Of a stretch of 59,822 nt of DNA, positions 18,494 to 29,600 are shown in pieces. This DNA is from a virus (lineage: Duplodnaviria > Caudoviricetes): the IMG/VR virus record IMGVR_UViG_3300017991_000120, positions 1-59,822 of that record, one strand, 5' to 3'. The translations under genes were made by a program, and so were the position numbers. The stretch's first letter is position 1; each line of letters begins with the position of its first letter. Under the pieces are notes generated by a model. It did no database searches, was not told where the DNA came from, and was given only the letters and a program-made list of their open reading frames with translations.

Positions 18494-18730
18494 ATGCCAA
18501 TGAAAGAGTGTAAAATTTGCGGGGCTTTAAAGTCTTGGCAAAAATCCGATCCTGAACCTCCCTGTGGTAAGTGCCATGATAAACCCGTGAAAAAGGAAAC
18601 CAAAAATCCCCTTGAAAAAGAGGGCGCGGGTAACTTTGGCGACACGGGATATTCTACCAAGGCCAGTATGACAGTCGAGGGCAATGTCAAGAATGACGAC
18701 AAATCGTCAACCACAACCAAGCGGTCTTAG
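18494..18730 (+). CDS. small Zn-finger protein
   Basis: AAGGAG SD; CKIC..CGKC. Confidence 0.55.
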   Translation: MPMKECKICGALKSWQKSDPEPPCGKCHDKPVKKETKNPLEKEGAGNFGDTGYSTKASMTVEGNVKNDDKSSTTTKRS

Positions 18731-18875
18731 TGCCAAAGAGGTTTATGAGTTACTGGTAGAATCTATTGCTCGCGGCGTTGATTATAAATTGGAGATACGA
18801 CACGCCGGGACAAGGGAAGATGAATTTTATGTTTTTGTGATCCATAAAAATGTAGCAAAGTCAAAATCAATTTAG
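18684..18875 (+). CDS. hypothetical protein
   Basis: Overlaps the upstream ORF; ends before a terminator. Confidence 0.4.
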   Translation: MSRMTTNRQPQPSGLSAKEVYELLVESIARGVDYKLEIRHAGTREDEFYVFVIHKNVAKSKSI

Positions 18876-18900
18876 CTTAAATAGGTAACCTTGCAAAGAT

Positions 18901-18944
18901 AGGGCTTATTTATCCTTCACCGGATAAGTAGGCCCTTTTTTTTT
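18901..18944 (+). terminator. strong intrinsic terminator immediately before the head operon
   Basis: AGGGCTTATTTATCC-TTCACC-GGATAAGTAGGCCCT followed by T run. Confidence 0.75.
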
Positions 18945-18947
18945 GGT

Positions 18948-20669
18948 ATGGAACGAATAGAACAAAATCGACGAAATTTTAAACTAAGAGCGGACGTGCC
19001 CAATTTTGAACTGCATGGCATAAAGTGCATTGATGGCGTCGTCAAGTTTCCAAGTTCCTACCGCGAAAATATCCTCAAAGGATATATGGTATTTGATTCC
19101 TTTGAGCAATGTGAAACGTGGTTAAAGAATTTCAAGGAGAAAGATATGCAGTTTACACCGGGCGCAAAGATGACCAAATCTTATTTGCAGGTCGAATCAA
19201 AAAGCGTAGAAATCAGCGATGCCGAATTTGACAAGATGTCCAAATATATGTTGACGCCGGAAAAGTTTTCTCCGACGGACTTTGTCGCTTTTAAGGCAAA
19301 TCTGGCGAATAATATTGTGGACAGAGATGGTGATCGCTTCCAATTGGACGTCCTTAAATCCTTCAATAAAAGCATCGTCGGAAAATCAAAGCTCACTGGA
19401 CATGACTGGTGGGGCGTTGGCGAAGGTCGCGTTTATGATAGTGACATCATTAAGTATACCGACGTTGATGAATTCCTCAAAACCGTCGGTTTCACTCCTC
19501 ACCGAAAAATCGTAAACCACCTCGAAGAAATCCTTGAAATGGAAAAAGTCCTCGCGTGGCTTCAACCCAAATATTATATGCACATCGTTGATCAGGATCA
19601 AATTACCAGAATTGGGGCGGGCGTTATTGGCGATGTTAGTATTGGCTTCCGTGCCGCTAACCGTGAAAAAATCACGGATGAAGATGGCAACCTTAAATAT
19701 TTCGAATTTCAAAATACAAAGGAACACGAGAGCGAGGCATTAGAAATGTCTCATGTTTACCTCGGTGCTCAGTATGGCGCACAAGGAGCAAAGTATTTCC
19801 AAGGTGCAAACTTTGAAGATACCATTCCCGCTGCCGGCGACACTGAATGGGATGAAAAATATGTCTCCTCTTTGAACAATGAATGTTTCGCCTATTTTGG
19901 GCAGGACTTGGCAGGAAAGAAAAACCATGCGTTAGACGCTGTCAGATTATTGCCGCACCATCGAAAAGGTGCGAAAGGCACGTTGGATGACGTAGATATT
20001 CCGCGCTTAAAAGCCGCGTTGGTTGAATGTTTTGCAAAGGTTTCTGATACCGATTTGGACGATACAGATAGATACCGCTATTCTGAGGCATTAAAGCATC
20101 TCCAAGCTCATGCCAAAGAATTAAACCTTCCAACAAATTACGGAGAAAAGACAATGCCTTTTACTCTCAAAATGTTTGGGGATGAACGCAAGTTCGATCT
20201 AAAATCTCCCGAAGATATTGAAGCCTTTGTAAAGGACATGGACTCCAAGTTTGATGAATTGAACACTGGTTTAACCGATGCCAAACAGGCAGTCGCGGAC
20301 GTGAAAGCCGCCCTCGATTTAGGCGAAGATGATGATTTCGATTTTGATGCCATCAAGGCCCTAAAAGGTGATTCCGAAGCCCGTGTGAAATACCATGATG
20401 ACTTGGTCCAGTCTATTGCGGCACTGGCATTCAACACCGGCCAAAAAGAGTTTGATGAATTGGAGGAATACAAAGGTTCCTTGAAGGAGAAATCTTTTGA
20501 CGACCTCGTTGCTGAACGTAAGTCGCTCCGCGACCAATACGCCAAGGACAACAAGGGCGACCGCCAGATTGATCCTGAAACTCCTAAAAATCCCGGTGAC
20601 GAGAACAATTCAGGCAATGTGAGTGTCACATCTGCACGCCCGAACAGTTCCTTCCAGCGAGTTTGGTAA
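18948..20669 (+). CDS. prohead protease / scaffold fusion
   Basis: NNIVDRDGDRF, GHDW, VSIGF and EMSHVYLGAQ (HK97-type protease-like); acidic helical C-terminus. SD-led ATGs at 19146 and 20154. Confidence 0.75.
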   Translation: MERIEQNRRNFKLRADVPNFELHGIKCIDGVVKFPSSYRENILKGYMVFDSFEQCETWLKNFKEKDMQFTPGAKMTKSYLQVESKSVEISDAEFDKMSKYMLTPEKFSPTDFVAFKANLANNIVDRDGDRFQLDVLKSFNKSIVGKSKLTGHDWWGVGEGRVYDSDIIKYTDVDEFLKTVGFTPHRKIVNHLEEILEMEKVLAWLQPKYYMHIVDQDQITRIGAGVIGDVSIGFRAANREKITDEDGNLKYFEFQNTKEHESEALEMSHVYLGAQYGAQGAKYFQGANFEDTIPAAGDTEWDEKYVSSLNNECFAYFGQDLAGKKNHALDAVRLLPHHRKGAKGTLDDVDIPRLKAALVECFAKVSDTDLDDTDRYRYSEALKHLQAHAKELNLPTNYGEKTMPFTLKMFGDERKFDLKSPEDIEAFVKDMDSKFDELNTGLTDAKQAVADVKAALDLGEDDDFDFDAIKALKGDSEARVKYHDDLVQSIAALAFNTGQKEFDELEEYKGSLKEKSFDDLVAERKSLRDQYAKDNKGDRQIDPETPKNPGDENNSGNVSVTSARPNSSFQRVW

Positions 20670-20718
20670 GCTGGATCCCTTAATTCACTGAACGGTCATT
20701 ATTTAAAAAGGAAAAATC

Positions 20719-21171
20719 ATGGCTATTTTAACCGCAGGTGGTGGTGATCGCGGACTTCAACTCAATGTGAGCTTCACTCCCGATGCCACCCTAAAAGCCG
20801 AAATTGACGCTCTTGTTGCCGCCGGTACGAAAGTGATCGGCAAGGTAATCAAGATCACCACTGGTGCCAATTATGAATGTACGTCCCCTGCGGACGGCGA
20901 GGTTGCACATGGTCGAATCATTGACTATCGCCCAACCACAACGTCTTACCGCTTGACTGTGGAATTGTGGTTCTACACCAACGGCGCAGGAACCGTTCTG
21001 CCAGTGACCCGCATCGTCAATGCTGAATATGAAACCGAACCGAGCTTGGGTGAAACTGTCCTTGTGGATGGCTCCACCTATCGACCGCTGAAAGGCGACG
21101 CCTCCGGTGGTGTTGGTTTTGTTATCGGTGTGGACACGCCGGGAACGGGTCGATTTGACTTCTTGATGTAA
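20719..21171 (+). CDS. capsid decoration/cement protein (putative)
   Basis: Small Gly/Thr/Val-rich beta protein between scaffold and MCP. Confidence 0.6.
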   Translation: MAILTAGGGDRGLQLNVSFTPDATLKAEIDALVAAGTKVIGKVIKITTGANYECTSPADGEVAHGRIIDYRPTTTSYRLTVELWFYTNGAGTVLPVTRIVNAEYETEPSLGETVLVDGSTYRPLKGDASGGVGFVIGVDTPGTGRFDFLM

Positions 21172-21231
21172 CCTTATAGGTTACACCTTTTTGTCAATTC
21201 AAAATTTATAACTGAAAAAAACTCACAAGGA

Positions 21232-22389
21232 GTGAAAATGTATATTCTTCAAAAACGCGAAGACCCTCTGGCCGATAAGGGTTTTTGGCTGAATAGCTCG
21301 AAAAGCCCCTTGAACTGGAATGGCTTAGAAGTTGGTATGTATGACCAAAGTGCATACGATGGCAAGTCCTTCGGCATGCTGCTCGAAGAAGTTAAATCCT
21401 TAAAGTTGGGCACTGAATCTCCCTATATCGGAATGACTCCAACAGAGGTTTTCTTTGAGAAGCGCCGTTTGGCAAAAGCCGGTCAGCCGGTTCCGTTCAC
21501 TGCCGTTGAGGATTGCCTCAAACAGGCAGGTATCGCGGCTTACGGCCAACGAACGGACTATGTCCGCAAGTTCTATGAAGTCTCTGGCCTTGACGTCATT
21601 TTCCCTGAATGGATGTCAGGTACAGTCCACGCCGGTATGCTCTTGGATTCGTTGGTTACGGATTTCACGATGGGGCAAACCGTTATTGATGCCTATACTT
21701 ATCAAAAGGTTTACCTCGAGGACACGGAAAATGACCGTGATCTTGGAATCGTAAACCCGGGCGAGGATATGGGCGAAACCAAGATTGTTGTTGGTAAACA
21801 AACGGTCTATCTGACCAAGTTTGGCCGCTACATTACTATGACGTATGAAGCAATGGCTCAACAACGATTGAACGTTTTTGCTACCGCCCTCACCCGTATT
21901 GGCCGCCAAATTGATATTCGTCGCACCGACCGTATGTTCTATACCTTGCTGAATGGTGATGGTAATAGCAACACGCCGGGAACTACCGTTGAAACTGCAT
22001 CCTCTGGCACCATTGCCGTTGCCGATATTATCAAATGGTGGACAGGCGCACCGTCGCCCTATAAATTGTCTGTATTCGCTGGCCGAAAAGCCTTGCTCCA
22101 AGAATACCTGACAACTATTGCTGGCATGAATAATCCGGGCAACCAATTCGCGGCTACTGGCCTTGATCCGGTTCCGTGGCGTGAATGGGATCGTGACGCC
22201 ATCACCACGGACTTGTTCATTGGTGTTGACAAACGATATGCCATTGAACACATTACCAATGGCACGGTAACAACCGAAGCCGAAAAGCTGATCCGCAAAC
22301 AGGTCGAAGGTACGGCTATCAGCCACCGTGACGCATTCTCTATCTTTGATAAGAATGCCGTTGTCTTGTTTGACGAGACGCATAGTTAA
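21232..22389 (+). CDS. major capsid protein (HK97 fold)
   Basis: 385 aa; 'LTKFGRYITMTYEAM' fits the K-x-G-R..E backbone motif; synteny. Confidence 0.85.
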   Translation: MKMYILQKREDPLADKGFWLNSSKSPLNWNGLEVGMYDQSAYDGKSFGMLLEEVKSLKLGTESPYIGMTPTEVFFEKRRLAKAGQPVPFTAVEDCLKQAGIAAYGQRTDYVRKFYEVSGLDVIFPEWMSGTVHAGMLLDSLVTDFTMGQTVIDAYTYQKVYLEDTENDRDLGIVNPGEDMGETKIVVGKQTVYLTKFGRYITMTYEAMAQQRLNVFATALTRIGRQIDIRRTDRMFYTLLNGDGNSNTPGTTVETASSGTIAVADIIKWWTGAPSPYKLSVFAGRKALLQEYLTTIAGMNNPGNQFAATGLDPVPWREWDRDAITTDLFIGVDKRYAIEHITNGTVTTEAEKLIRKQVEGTAISHRDAFSIFDKNAVVLFDETHS

Positions 22390-22460
22390 TAGAAATCCTC
22401 CATTTTAGAGGTTAGCGGGAAATCCCGTGGAAATAAGAATTAAAACAGGAGCAAAGAATT

Positions 22461-22844
22461 ATGTGGGTTAAATCTGATCGCGTTCTGCACTTGCGGAATC
22501 CGTACACCGATTTCAATGCGGATTTTGATTCGCGCATGGTTAAGGAGGGGATCCCTTTGGAAGTCCCTGACGATGACTTTTTCGCGGAACATATCAAGAC
22601 CCGTGAAAACGGTAAACCGTTGACGGTGGTTCCTGAAACCAAAGCTAAAAAACTCTCCGATGATTTTTGGGCTACGGTGGAAAAGGAAGCCGAAGCTATT
22701 AAGGTACAGAAAACCGATTTAATGAATTCGGGTACTGTTGTTGGCTTCCAAGAAGGAAAAGATATGGTCGTGCCCAAAGTGGAACGTCCTTCTACCCCGC
22801 CGGAGCCGGTTGAGGAAGAAGAAACCAAAAAAGGTAACAAATAA
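22461..22844 (+). CDS. hypothetical protein after MCP
   Basis: AGGAG SD; operon context. Confidence 0.6.
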   Translation: MWVKSDRVLHLRNPYTDFNADFDSRMVKEGIPLEVPDDDFFAEHIKTRENGKPLTVVPETKAKKLSDDFWATVEKEAEAIKVQKTDLMNSGTVVGFQEGKDMVVPKVERPSTPPEPVEEEETKKGNK

Positions 22845-23275
22845 TGCCCTACCGGATTAATGGTGATGAAGTACGAGCAAGGCTTCGGGTGTTTACGGAG
22901 GCCGATATTTCGGACACCCAACTGGCAACCGACGCCTTTATCCCTGCCTCCGAGGCATGGCTTGACCTGACCTTGGACAAAAAGGGAAAGGAGTGGGATG
23001 ATTTTTCTTCCACTCAACAAGTCCTCCTTAAAACGTGCCAAGTCCTGCGGTGTTGTATTTCCGTGGTGAACAGCGCACCAGAGGAACAGTACAAGAACTC
23101 TCTGCAGGATTTTAAAGGCACTCCGGCCGATTGGAAGGAGCAAACCATAGGAGCCTACGAGAGGGAAATCGCTGAAAATATCCGGCTTTGTGGCCTTAAT
23201 ACAAGGCGTTCAGGCGGTGGTTATTCTGGTGGGAGTGACTACCTTCCCACCGGCACCGTCAGCGTTTATGAATAA
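22844..23275 (+). CDS. head-tail adaptor (putative)
   Basis: Helical 143-aa protein in the connector position; TAATG coupling. Confidence 0.55.
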   Translation: MPYRINGDEVRARLRVFTEADISDTQLATDAFIPASEAWLDLTLDKKGKEWDDFSSTQQVLLKTCQVLRCCISVVNSAPEEQYKNSLQDFKGTPADWKEQTIGAYEREIAENIRLCGLNTRRSGGGYSGGSDYLPTGTVSVYE

Positions 23276-23754
23276 TGGCAAATCAGAGATTCGTTAGAAA
23301 TTGCGCTCGTTATGGAGCCGAAGCTACCTTGACCCAAATTACGGGTGGCGATGATTGTCCGTGCCGCTTGACGTATGATGGAGAAAATCCAACATATTCA
23401 AAAGAATGGCATGACAATAATCCATCGATTGAGGATTGTCTTGGAACCTTGAAAATTAATCGTGAAACCACAGAGACGAATGTCAAGTTTTTTGTAACCG
23501 ATATCCGTTTGAGTGAAACGACACAAGCCTTGCAAAAGGAAATCAAGGAAACCATTGGCAATATTCTTAGGGATGATTTGGCGGTAACAGGAACGGTGAA
23601 TGTTGACGAAATGATTTTCGTCGACCTCTCTGATGCCGATGAAAAAGATACCTATGTTACAGTAAATTCCAAGATATATCGGATAAAGGCAATTTTTGAA
23701 CTGAGAACACGAGACCTTGATGGTCAGCTTCTCATTTTGCGAAGGGATCAATGA
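23275..23754 (+). CDS. head closure/stopper protein (putative)
   Basis: Synteny; beta-rich C-terminus 'YVTVNSKIYRIKAI'; CPC motif. Confidence 0.5.
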   Translation: MANQRFVRNCARYGAEATLTQITGGDDCPCRLTYDGENPTYSKEWHDNNPSIEDCLGTLKINRETTETNVKFFVTDIRLSETTQALQKEIKETIGNILRDDLAVTGTVNVDEMIFVDLSDADEKDTYVTVNSKIYRIKAIFELRTRDLDGQLLILRRDQ

Positions 23755-24173
23755 TGCCAAGTTTAGGCAATAAATCAGGATTCGATTCCTATAATTTCCA
23801 AAAAAAAGTCTCCAAATTGATCAAGGAGCTTGGACCTGAAATTGCCGTGTCCGTTGCTTGGGGATCAACTGAGCTTAGGAATGCAGTTAATAAAAACCTA
23901 AACGGGACGGAATACTTCCCGGGTAAACTGCCTGTTCGCGCAATCAGCCACACATTGCGTCGCGCTTATCGGGTAAAGAAAATCAATCCCTATGCCATGT
24001 ACCATTTCATAGATCAGGATGTTGCTGACTATGCAAAGTGGGTTCATTATGGCACAAAGCGAATGGCACCTCGCCCGTTTTTTAGTGCGGCGGTAAATGA
24101 ACGTGGGCCGGCGATTGCGAACTACTGGAACAGGCAAATCAAAAAGAAAATGCGCTCCATAGGGCTAAGTTAA
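23751..24173 (+). CDS. HK97 gp10-like tail completion protein
   Basis: 'DYAKWVHYGTKRMAPRPFFSAA' is the gp10 signature. Confidence 0.85.
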   Translation: MMPSLGNKSGFDSYNFQKKVSKLIKELGPEIAVSVAWGSTELRNAVNKNLNGTEYFPGKLPVRAISHTLRRAYRVKKINPYAMYHFIDQDVADYAKWVHYGTKRMAPRPFFSAAVNERGPAIANYWNRQIKKKMRSIGLS

Positions 24174-24175
24174 TT

Positions 24176-24664
24176 ATGGATTCATTAAGAAAAATTTCTC
24201 ACTTGAAGAAAAATTTCTATGCGGCGCTCAAAGAGTTGACACAGAATACATCGCCGTGGGATAGGTGGAAAGTTATTATGGCCTATCCTGATGCATCGGT
24301 TTTAGACGGCCTTGAAAAGTTATTGGTGTATATCCAACAGCCAGTCCACATGAACGTCCAGCTTCAACAGGGCGGGGGATTAGGTCTTGGGCATTACCAA
24401 ATAATCATTGGAGGCTGGTGTGACCGTGTAAATGGCGGGCAAGAAGAAATAGATATTTTCGCAAGCGTTCTTTTGGAATGGTTTTTAAATCCAGAGAAAT
24501 GGGCACAAGTCACCTATGATGTTTCCACGGATCAGGATTATACGGACACCACTTTGTTTGAACAAGGCATTATGATTGACAGCATTGTTGGGCCAAATAC
24601 CATCATCCAGAACGTGAGCGACAATGAATTTCGATATGAATTCACGATTAATTTTAGGAGTTAA
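24176..24664 (+). CDS. tail terminator (putative)
   Basis: Position between gp10-like gene and tail tube gene. Confidence 0.5.
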   Translation: MDSLRKISHLKKNFYAALKELTQNTSPWDRWKVIMAYPDASVLDGLEKLLVYIQQPVHMNVQLQQGGGLGLGHYQIIIGGWCDRVNGGQEEIDIFASVLLEWFLNPEKWAQVTYDVSTDQDYTDTTLFEQGIMIDSIVGPNTIIQNVSDNEFRYEFTINFRS

Positions 24665-24667
24665 ATC

Positions 24668-25468
24668 ATGGCTTTCAATAAATGGAATGGGGCACCGACC
24701 CCTGATAAGATCGTTTTTGGTAAGTACAATTATCATCGCATGTGGATTTTGAATCCTGCCGCCGCAGCCGCTCCGTTAACTCCGGTCGAGGTTTTGGGTG
24801 TGCAGAACATCAATTCTGGCCCGATGACTCCCGGTACAACCAAGAACTTCATGCAACAAAGCGGTGGTGATGAAAAATATGTTTACCGTTCGGATTATGA
24901 ATTCGAAATTACGGTCAACATGTTATCTGGCGATGTTCCAACGTTTATTGCGAATCTTTATTCGCGTACACTTGGAGCCACTGATGGTTATGCGTTGCCA
25001 ATGCGGGCACATGCCTACCCGTTAATCATTTGGGAAGCTGTCTGTCGTATGCCCGACGGCACTCATTTGTTCTCGGAAGTTTGGCAAGATCTGATCCTGT
25101 CCTCTTGGACGGTATCGCAACCGATGGAAGATGGTACGACCGACATCACTTTCTTTGGTCATCACGATTCGTTTTTGCTTTATAAAAACGCCCAAATCGT
25201 TGTGGATCAATTTGACGGCGATGACAGCACGACCAATTTCACATTGAGTTCTTCTCCGTTGAAATGTTTGGATGCCTCTGATTTGCAACACGAGGATTGG
25301 ACGCTTGATAATCTGATTTACGTCAAGGAAAAAACCTCATCGCAAAATACTGGCGTTCGCATTCTTAGTGGTGCGTCTTTGACCGGTACTGACTTGGATG
25401 TTTCTGGTTATGGAACGCCCGCCACGGGTTCAATTATCACTGCCGCCTACATTGCCGCAGTCGCATAA
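24668..25468 (+). CDS. major tail tube protein with extra C-terminal domain
   Basis: AGGAG SD; synteny before TAC/TMP; C-terminal 'FDGDDSTTNFTLS' beta domain. Confidence 0.65.
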   Translation: MAFNKWNGAPTPDKIVFGKYNYHRMWILNPAAAAAPLTPVEVLGVQNINSGPMTPGTTKNFMQQSGGDEKYVYRSDYEFEITVNMLSGDVPTFIANLYSRTLGATDGYALPMRAHAYPLIIWEAVCRMPDGTHLFSEVWQDLILSSWTVSQPMEDGTTDITFFGHHDSFLLYKNAQIVVDQFDGDDSTTNFTLSSSPLKCLDASDLQHEDWTLDNLIYVKEKTSSQNTGVRILSGASLTGTDLDVSGYGTPATGSIITAAYIAAVA

Positions 25469-25475
25469 GGGTAAT

Positions 25476-25781
25476 ATGGTGGAAGATAAAACAGTGCAGA
25501 ATTTCGTAACCGCTAATCTTTTTATAGGTTCAGCCATTACATGCGAAACGGGTATCTACCCCTCGCGGTATGTGGTTACGGGAAATAAGAAAGGCGATAA
25601 CTTTAAAGTCGTCATGATGTGGGATGAAATCCCCTTTGAAATTAAGAAAAAGCTGGACAGGCGGGAATTGCTCGTCTGTCCACGCAAGTTAGAAAGCGTT
25701 TTCTTGCGAATCAAACACAACGTTTTGAACGCAAGTGACAAAATGAAGAATGGAGATTTAAATGTCGAAGAAAGCAATTGA
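25476..25781 (+). CDS. hypothetical protein
   Basis: ATG at 25476 after the MTP stop; overlaps the TAC start. Confidence 0.5.
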   Translation: MVEDKTVQNFVTANLFIGSAITCETGIYPSRYVVTGNKKGDNFKVVMMWDEIPFEIKKKLDRRELLVCPRKLESVFLRIKHNVLNASDKMKNGDLNVEESN

Positions 25782-26331
25782 CCTTCTACGAGGATCAAAT
25801 CGATACAAAATAATCCGAGAGGATGTTGACATTCCTTTGGATGATGATAAGGTGATTGAGGCTTATTTTGCGGCACCTGATATTTGGTCTATCAAGGAAG
25901 AACAAGAATTGGTTTATGCGGTAAAGCTCAAAGTCGCAGAAAGACGTGGCTTGGCAAAAGAAAAAATTGATGAAGCTGATTTTCAGGCTGAGTTAGATCA
26001 AATCGATGACTCCACGCCAGAAGGTCAAAAGGCGCGCAAATATGTTGCAAGTCAACGCCCGTTAAATTTGGCGCAACAAACCGCGCAAAAGATGACCAAG
26101 TTTGCCACAATCCGAAATATTCTACCCAAATTTTTATATGACAGGAAAACCGGAGAACGTCTATTTCCGGACGAGGACGATCAAGCTGCCTTTACGGAAA
26201 TTGTTGCTCAAAACATGGAGCTTTTTACCTTGCTGGCGAATGCCTATACGCGCCTATCAACCAAGGTTTCAGCTGATAAGGAACTGGTAAAAAACTCGAC
26301 GACTCCCACGAATTCACCGAGTGGGAGCTAA
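25762..26331 (+). CDS. tail assembly chaperone (gpG-like)
   Basis: Precedes TMP; slippery heptamer A AAA AAC at 26289-26295 near the 3' end. Confidence 0.75.
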   Translation: MSKKAIDLLRGSNRYKIIREDVDIPLDDDKVIEAYFAAPDIWSIKEEQELVYAVKLKVAERRGLAKEKIDEADFQAELDQIDDSTPEGQKARKYVASQRPLNLAQQTAQKMTKFATIRNILPKFLYDRKTGERLFPDEDDQAAFTEIVAQNMELFTLLANAYTRLSTKVSADKELVKNSTTPTNSPSGS

Positions 26332-26624
26332 GGAAACAAATATACCAAAAGTTCCGCTATGTATCGCCAATTGACGACCAATTAACGGACGACTTAGACA
26401 ATCCATATCGTAGAGCGTTCCTCCTTGCCGCTGCAGGATCGACCAAAAACGATACGGATAGGATAATCGAATTTCTTGACGAGATCGCCTATATACTACA
26501 AATTGGCTTCCGCTTTAAGAAGCCACAACACTTACTGAAAAAGCAGAACGAGCGGCCCAAAAATGTAAGGTATCATCGCGTACCGATTGACGGTGAATGG
26601 GTTACAGTGAAAGCGAGTTTTTAA
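26289..26624 (+). CDS. -1 frameshift extension of tail assembly chaperone (gpGT-like)
   Basis: The -1 frame (KKLDDSHEFTEWELRKQIY...EWVTVKASF) is open to TAA at 26622-26624, abutting the TMP ATG; no ATG in this frame. Confidence 0.8.
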   Translation, partial: KKLDDSHEFTEWELRKQIYQKFRYVSPIDDQLTDDLDNPYRRAFLLAAAGSTKNDTDRIIEFLDEIAYILQIGFRFKKPQHLLKKQNERPKNVRYHRVPIDGEWVTVKASF

Positions 26625-29600
26625 ATGCCTTTTTCAGGATTAGGTAGTGGTAGTAATTTAGGCGGTTTCGACATTGCCGGATATATTGGCATCGTCGGTC
26701 TCTCCAAATTTAACCAAGATTTAAATAAAGCGACAACCAATGCTGACAAAGCCGCGAAAGCAATGAACAGAGGTTTGAACGTTGCTATCGCGGCTGGTGC
26801 GGCCGCCTTTGCTCTTGCCATAAAATCTGCGGCTGACTTTGAGGCAAAGATGGGTAATATCCATACCTTGCTTGGCCCCGGAGAAGAAGCCCAGAGAAAT
26901 ATTGAGAGCATGGGTGATGCCATAGTTGAAATGAGCACTAAATTTCCGGCGTCCGCTCAATCTCTTTCTGAGGCAATGTACCAGATTGTCTCGGCAACAG
27001 TGCCACCGGCTGAGGCAATGGGTGTCTTGGAGGAATCGGTGAAGGGTGCCGTGGCCGGTGTTGCTTCCACGGAAGAAACGTTTAATTTATTTTCCGCAAC
27101 CGTCAAGGGCTATGGAATGGAGTGGGCAGAGGTTGGGCGAATTTCTGATATTGTATTCCAAACCATCAAACTTGGACAAACCACTATGGGTGAATTGGCT
27201 ACCTCGATGCAGGGAGCCATTCCACTTGCCTCAACATTAGGAATCAAATTCGAAGAAATTGCAGGAGCCACGGCTACCCTTACGGGCGTAACGGGTTCCA
27301 CAAGCGAGGTGATGACACAGATTGAATCAATTATGACCGCGCTGATTAAACAATCAACTGGTATGAAGGGAGCTTTCGAAGCTCTCGGCGTTTCGTCTGG
27401 TCAAGAATTGATTTCAAAATTTGAAGGACTTCAAGGTGCATTAGGTGCCTTGAAAGGCTATACGGACGAATACAATTTGTCAATCGGTAAGGTTCTTGGC
27501 CGTAAAGAAGCCCTCGTCGCATACTATGCCTTAACAGGCGCACAAGCTCAAAATTTTGCAGATAAAACCAAAGCGATGTTTAATGCTGTTGGTGCCGCGC
27601 AGGACGCCTACCTTATTAAAATGGACGAATTTGGGAACCAAGCAACACTTTTGAAAAACACGGTCAGTGCCGCATTTATTGAACTTGGCAATAAGATGTT
27701 ACCGGCTTTGACTGCATTCTTTTCAGCATTAAACAGCAATTCAGGCGCAATCATGGCGTTCGTGAAATCCCTTGCAGAGGTTGCAATGGGGCTTGGCGCA
27801 ATTGCGGCTGGCTATAAAATTGTTGGTTTTATCAAGGCACTTCCCGCATTATGGGCGGCAGTGACCGCCGCGCTTGGACCGGTTGGCGTTGCAATTCTCG
27901 CAATAACTGCGGCCTACATTGCTTTGAAAACCGCCATTGGTTACGTAAATGGAAAATTGGATGAAGCCCATAAAGCCAGACTCCTTGCCATTGACTCCAT
28001 GTCAACGGAATTAGAAAAGGTTAAAGCCCTCGAAACACGTTACAATGATTTGAAGGATAAAGAAAGTCTTACAAAGGATGAGCAAAAGGAACTTGATACC
28101 GTCACCAAAAACCTTTATGAAAAATATAGGGAACTTGGAACGCATGTGTCAACAACAGATCGATCTTTTGGAGATTTACTGGATCACTTGACCTCGCAAA
28201 AAATGAAAGAAGCCAATGCCGCCATTGATGAAGCCGGAACCAAGATAGGTGTTATGGCCGGTTTGATGGCACAAGGTGGAGCCGTTGGCGCTCTCGCCGG
28301 TGTCGTTGATGGTTTATTTCATGTAACGAAACGAGCTGGTGAACAAATTGAAATGGCTAATCAAGAAATCGCTGAATTAAACGCCGTGTCAGAAAGTGCC
28401 GAAGGAAGCGTTGATGGTTTGGGTGGTGAGTTGAGCGAGGCAGACAAAGCGGCATTGGCGGCAGCAGAAGCTCACAAACGGCTCACGGAAGCGGGCATCG
28501 AAACCACTGCTGAAATCAAAAATCAAATTGCGGCATGGGAAGCCCTTAAAGCGGACGCCGGCAGTGATCAGTTTGCCTTAAAACAAATCGAATCCAAAAT
28601 TAAAGACCTCAATGATAAGCTCGGTACAATGCCCTCAATCAGTGAGGCATTTGGAGAAATTGATACCGGCGGTGTTGTCAGTGCCGTTGATGAATTGACG
28701 CCTCGTTTTAAATCACTGAGCGACGTTGCCAATGACATGTATTGGAATGTCCGCTCCGCGAATCCAGAATTTGAAGAATTTGCAAATAAGCAAGAGGCTT
28801 TGAAAGCCGCCTATGACACGATTAGAAATCCACAGCAAATCCAAATTGACCAGTGGAAAGCACTTTTAGACAGTGGTGAATTGCTCCCGGGAGAAGTTCT
28901 CGCCATTGAAGAAGCTCTTGACAAAACAGAGGGCACGACCGAAAAAGGCAACAAGGAATGGGCATCATATCTTGGTTACATGAATGATTTAATTAACCGG
29001 ATGCCCGGAGTCAGTGATCAATTCAAGGGCTTTGCAACATTGGCAACCACCGCCTTGACACAACTATTGTCAGGTGGGCTTGATCCCGTGTCACTTGGCT
29101 TTTCCGCGTTGAATTTAATCATTGGAGACTTTACACGCGAACACCCGCCGTTCCGTAGAAGCGTTGAAGAAATTTCGGATATATTTGAAAAGTGGGGAAC
29201 CAACATTGAGGACGTCAAATTGACCCTCGACGAATTGACGGAAAAAATACAATCCTCAACGTTGGAGGCTTTGAAGGAAAAGTTCGCAGAATTAGAAGAA
29301 ACTATCGCGACAACGAATAGTAATATTGCCAACCTCGGAACCATGATGCAGGCAAATTATGAAACCTTTGTCGCCCAACTTCAATTTGAGAATCTAACCT
29401 TTGCGTTCACGTTCACTGCAAATTATGAGGACGTCACGGAAGGAATTGAATTCCTCTCATCCGAACGAAAACGGATGCAAGACCTATTCGGGGATAGTTT
29501 TAATTTTAGCGGATTTGACCAGCTTCTCATGGATCAAATTGAAGCGTCAAAACAACTGTTGAACACGTTGGATCCCACGAGTGAGGCATATCGGCTTTTG

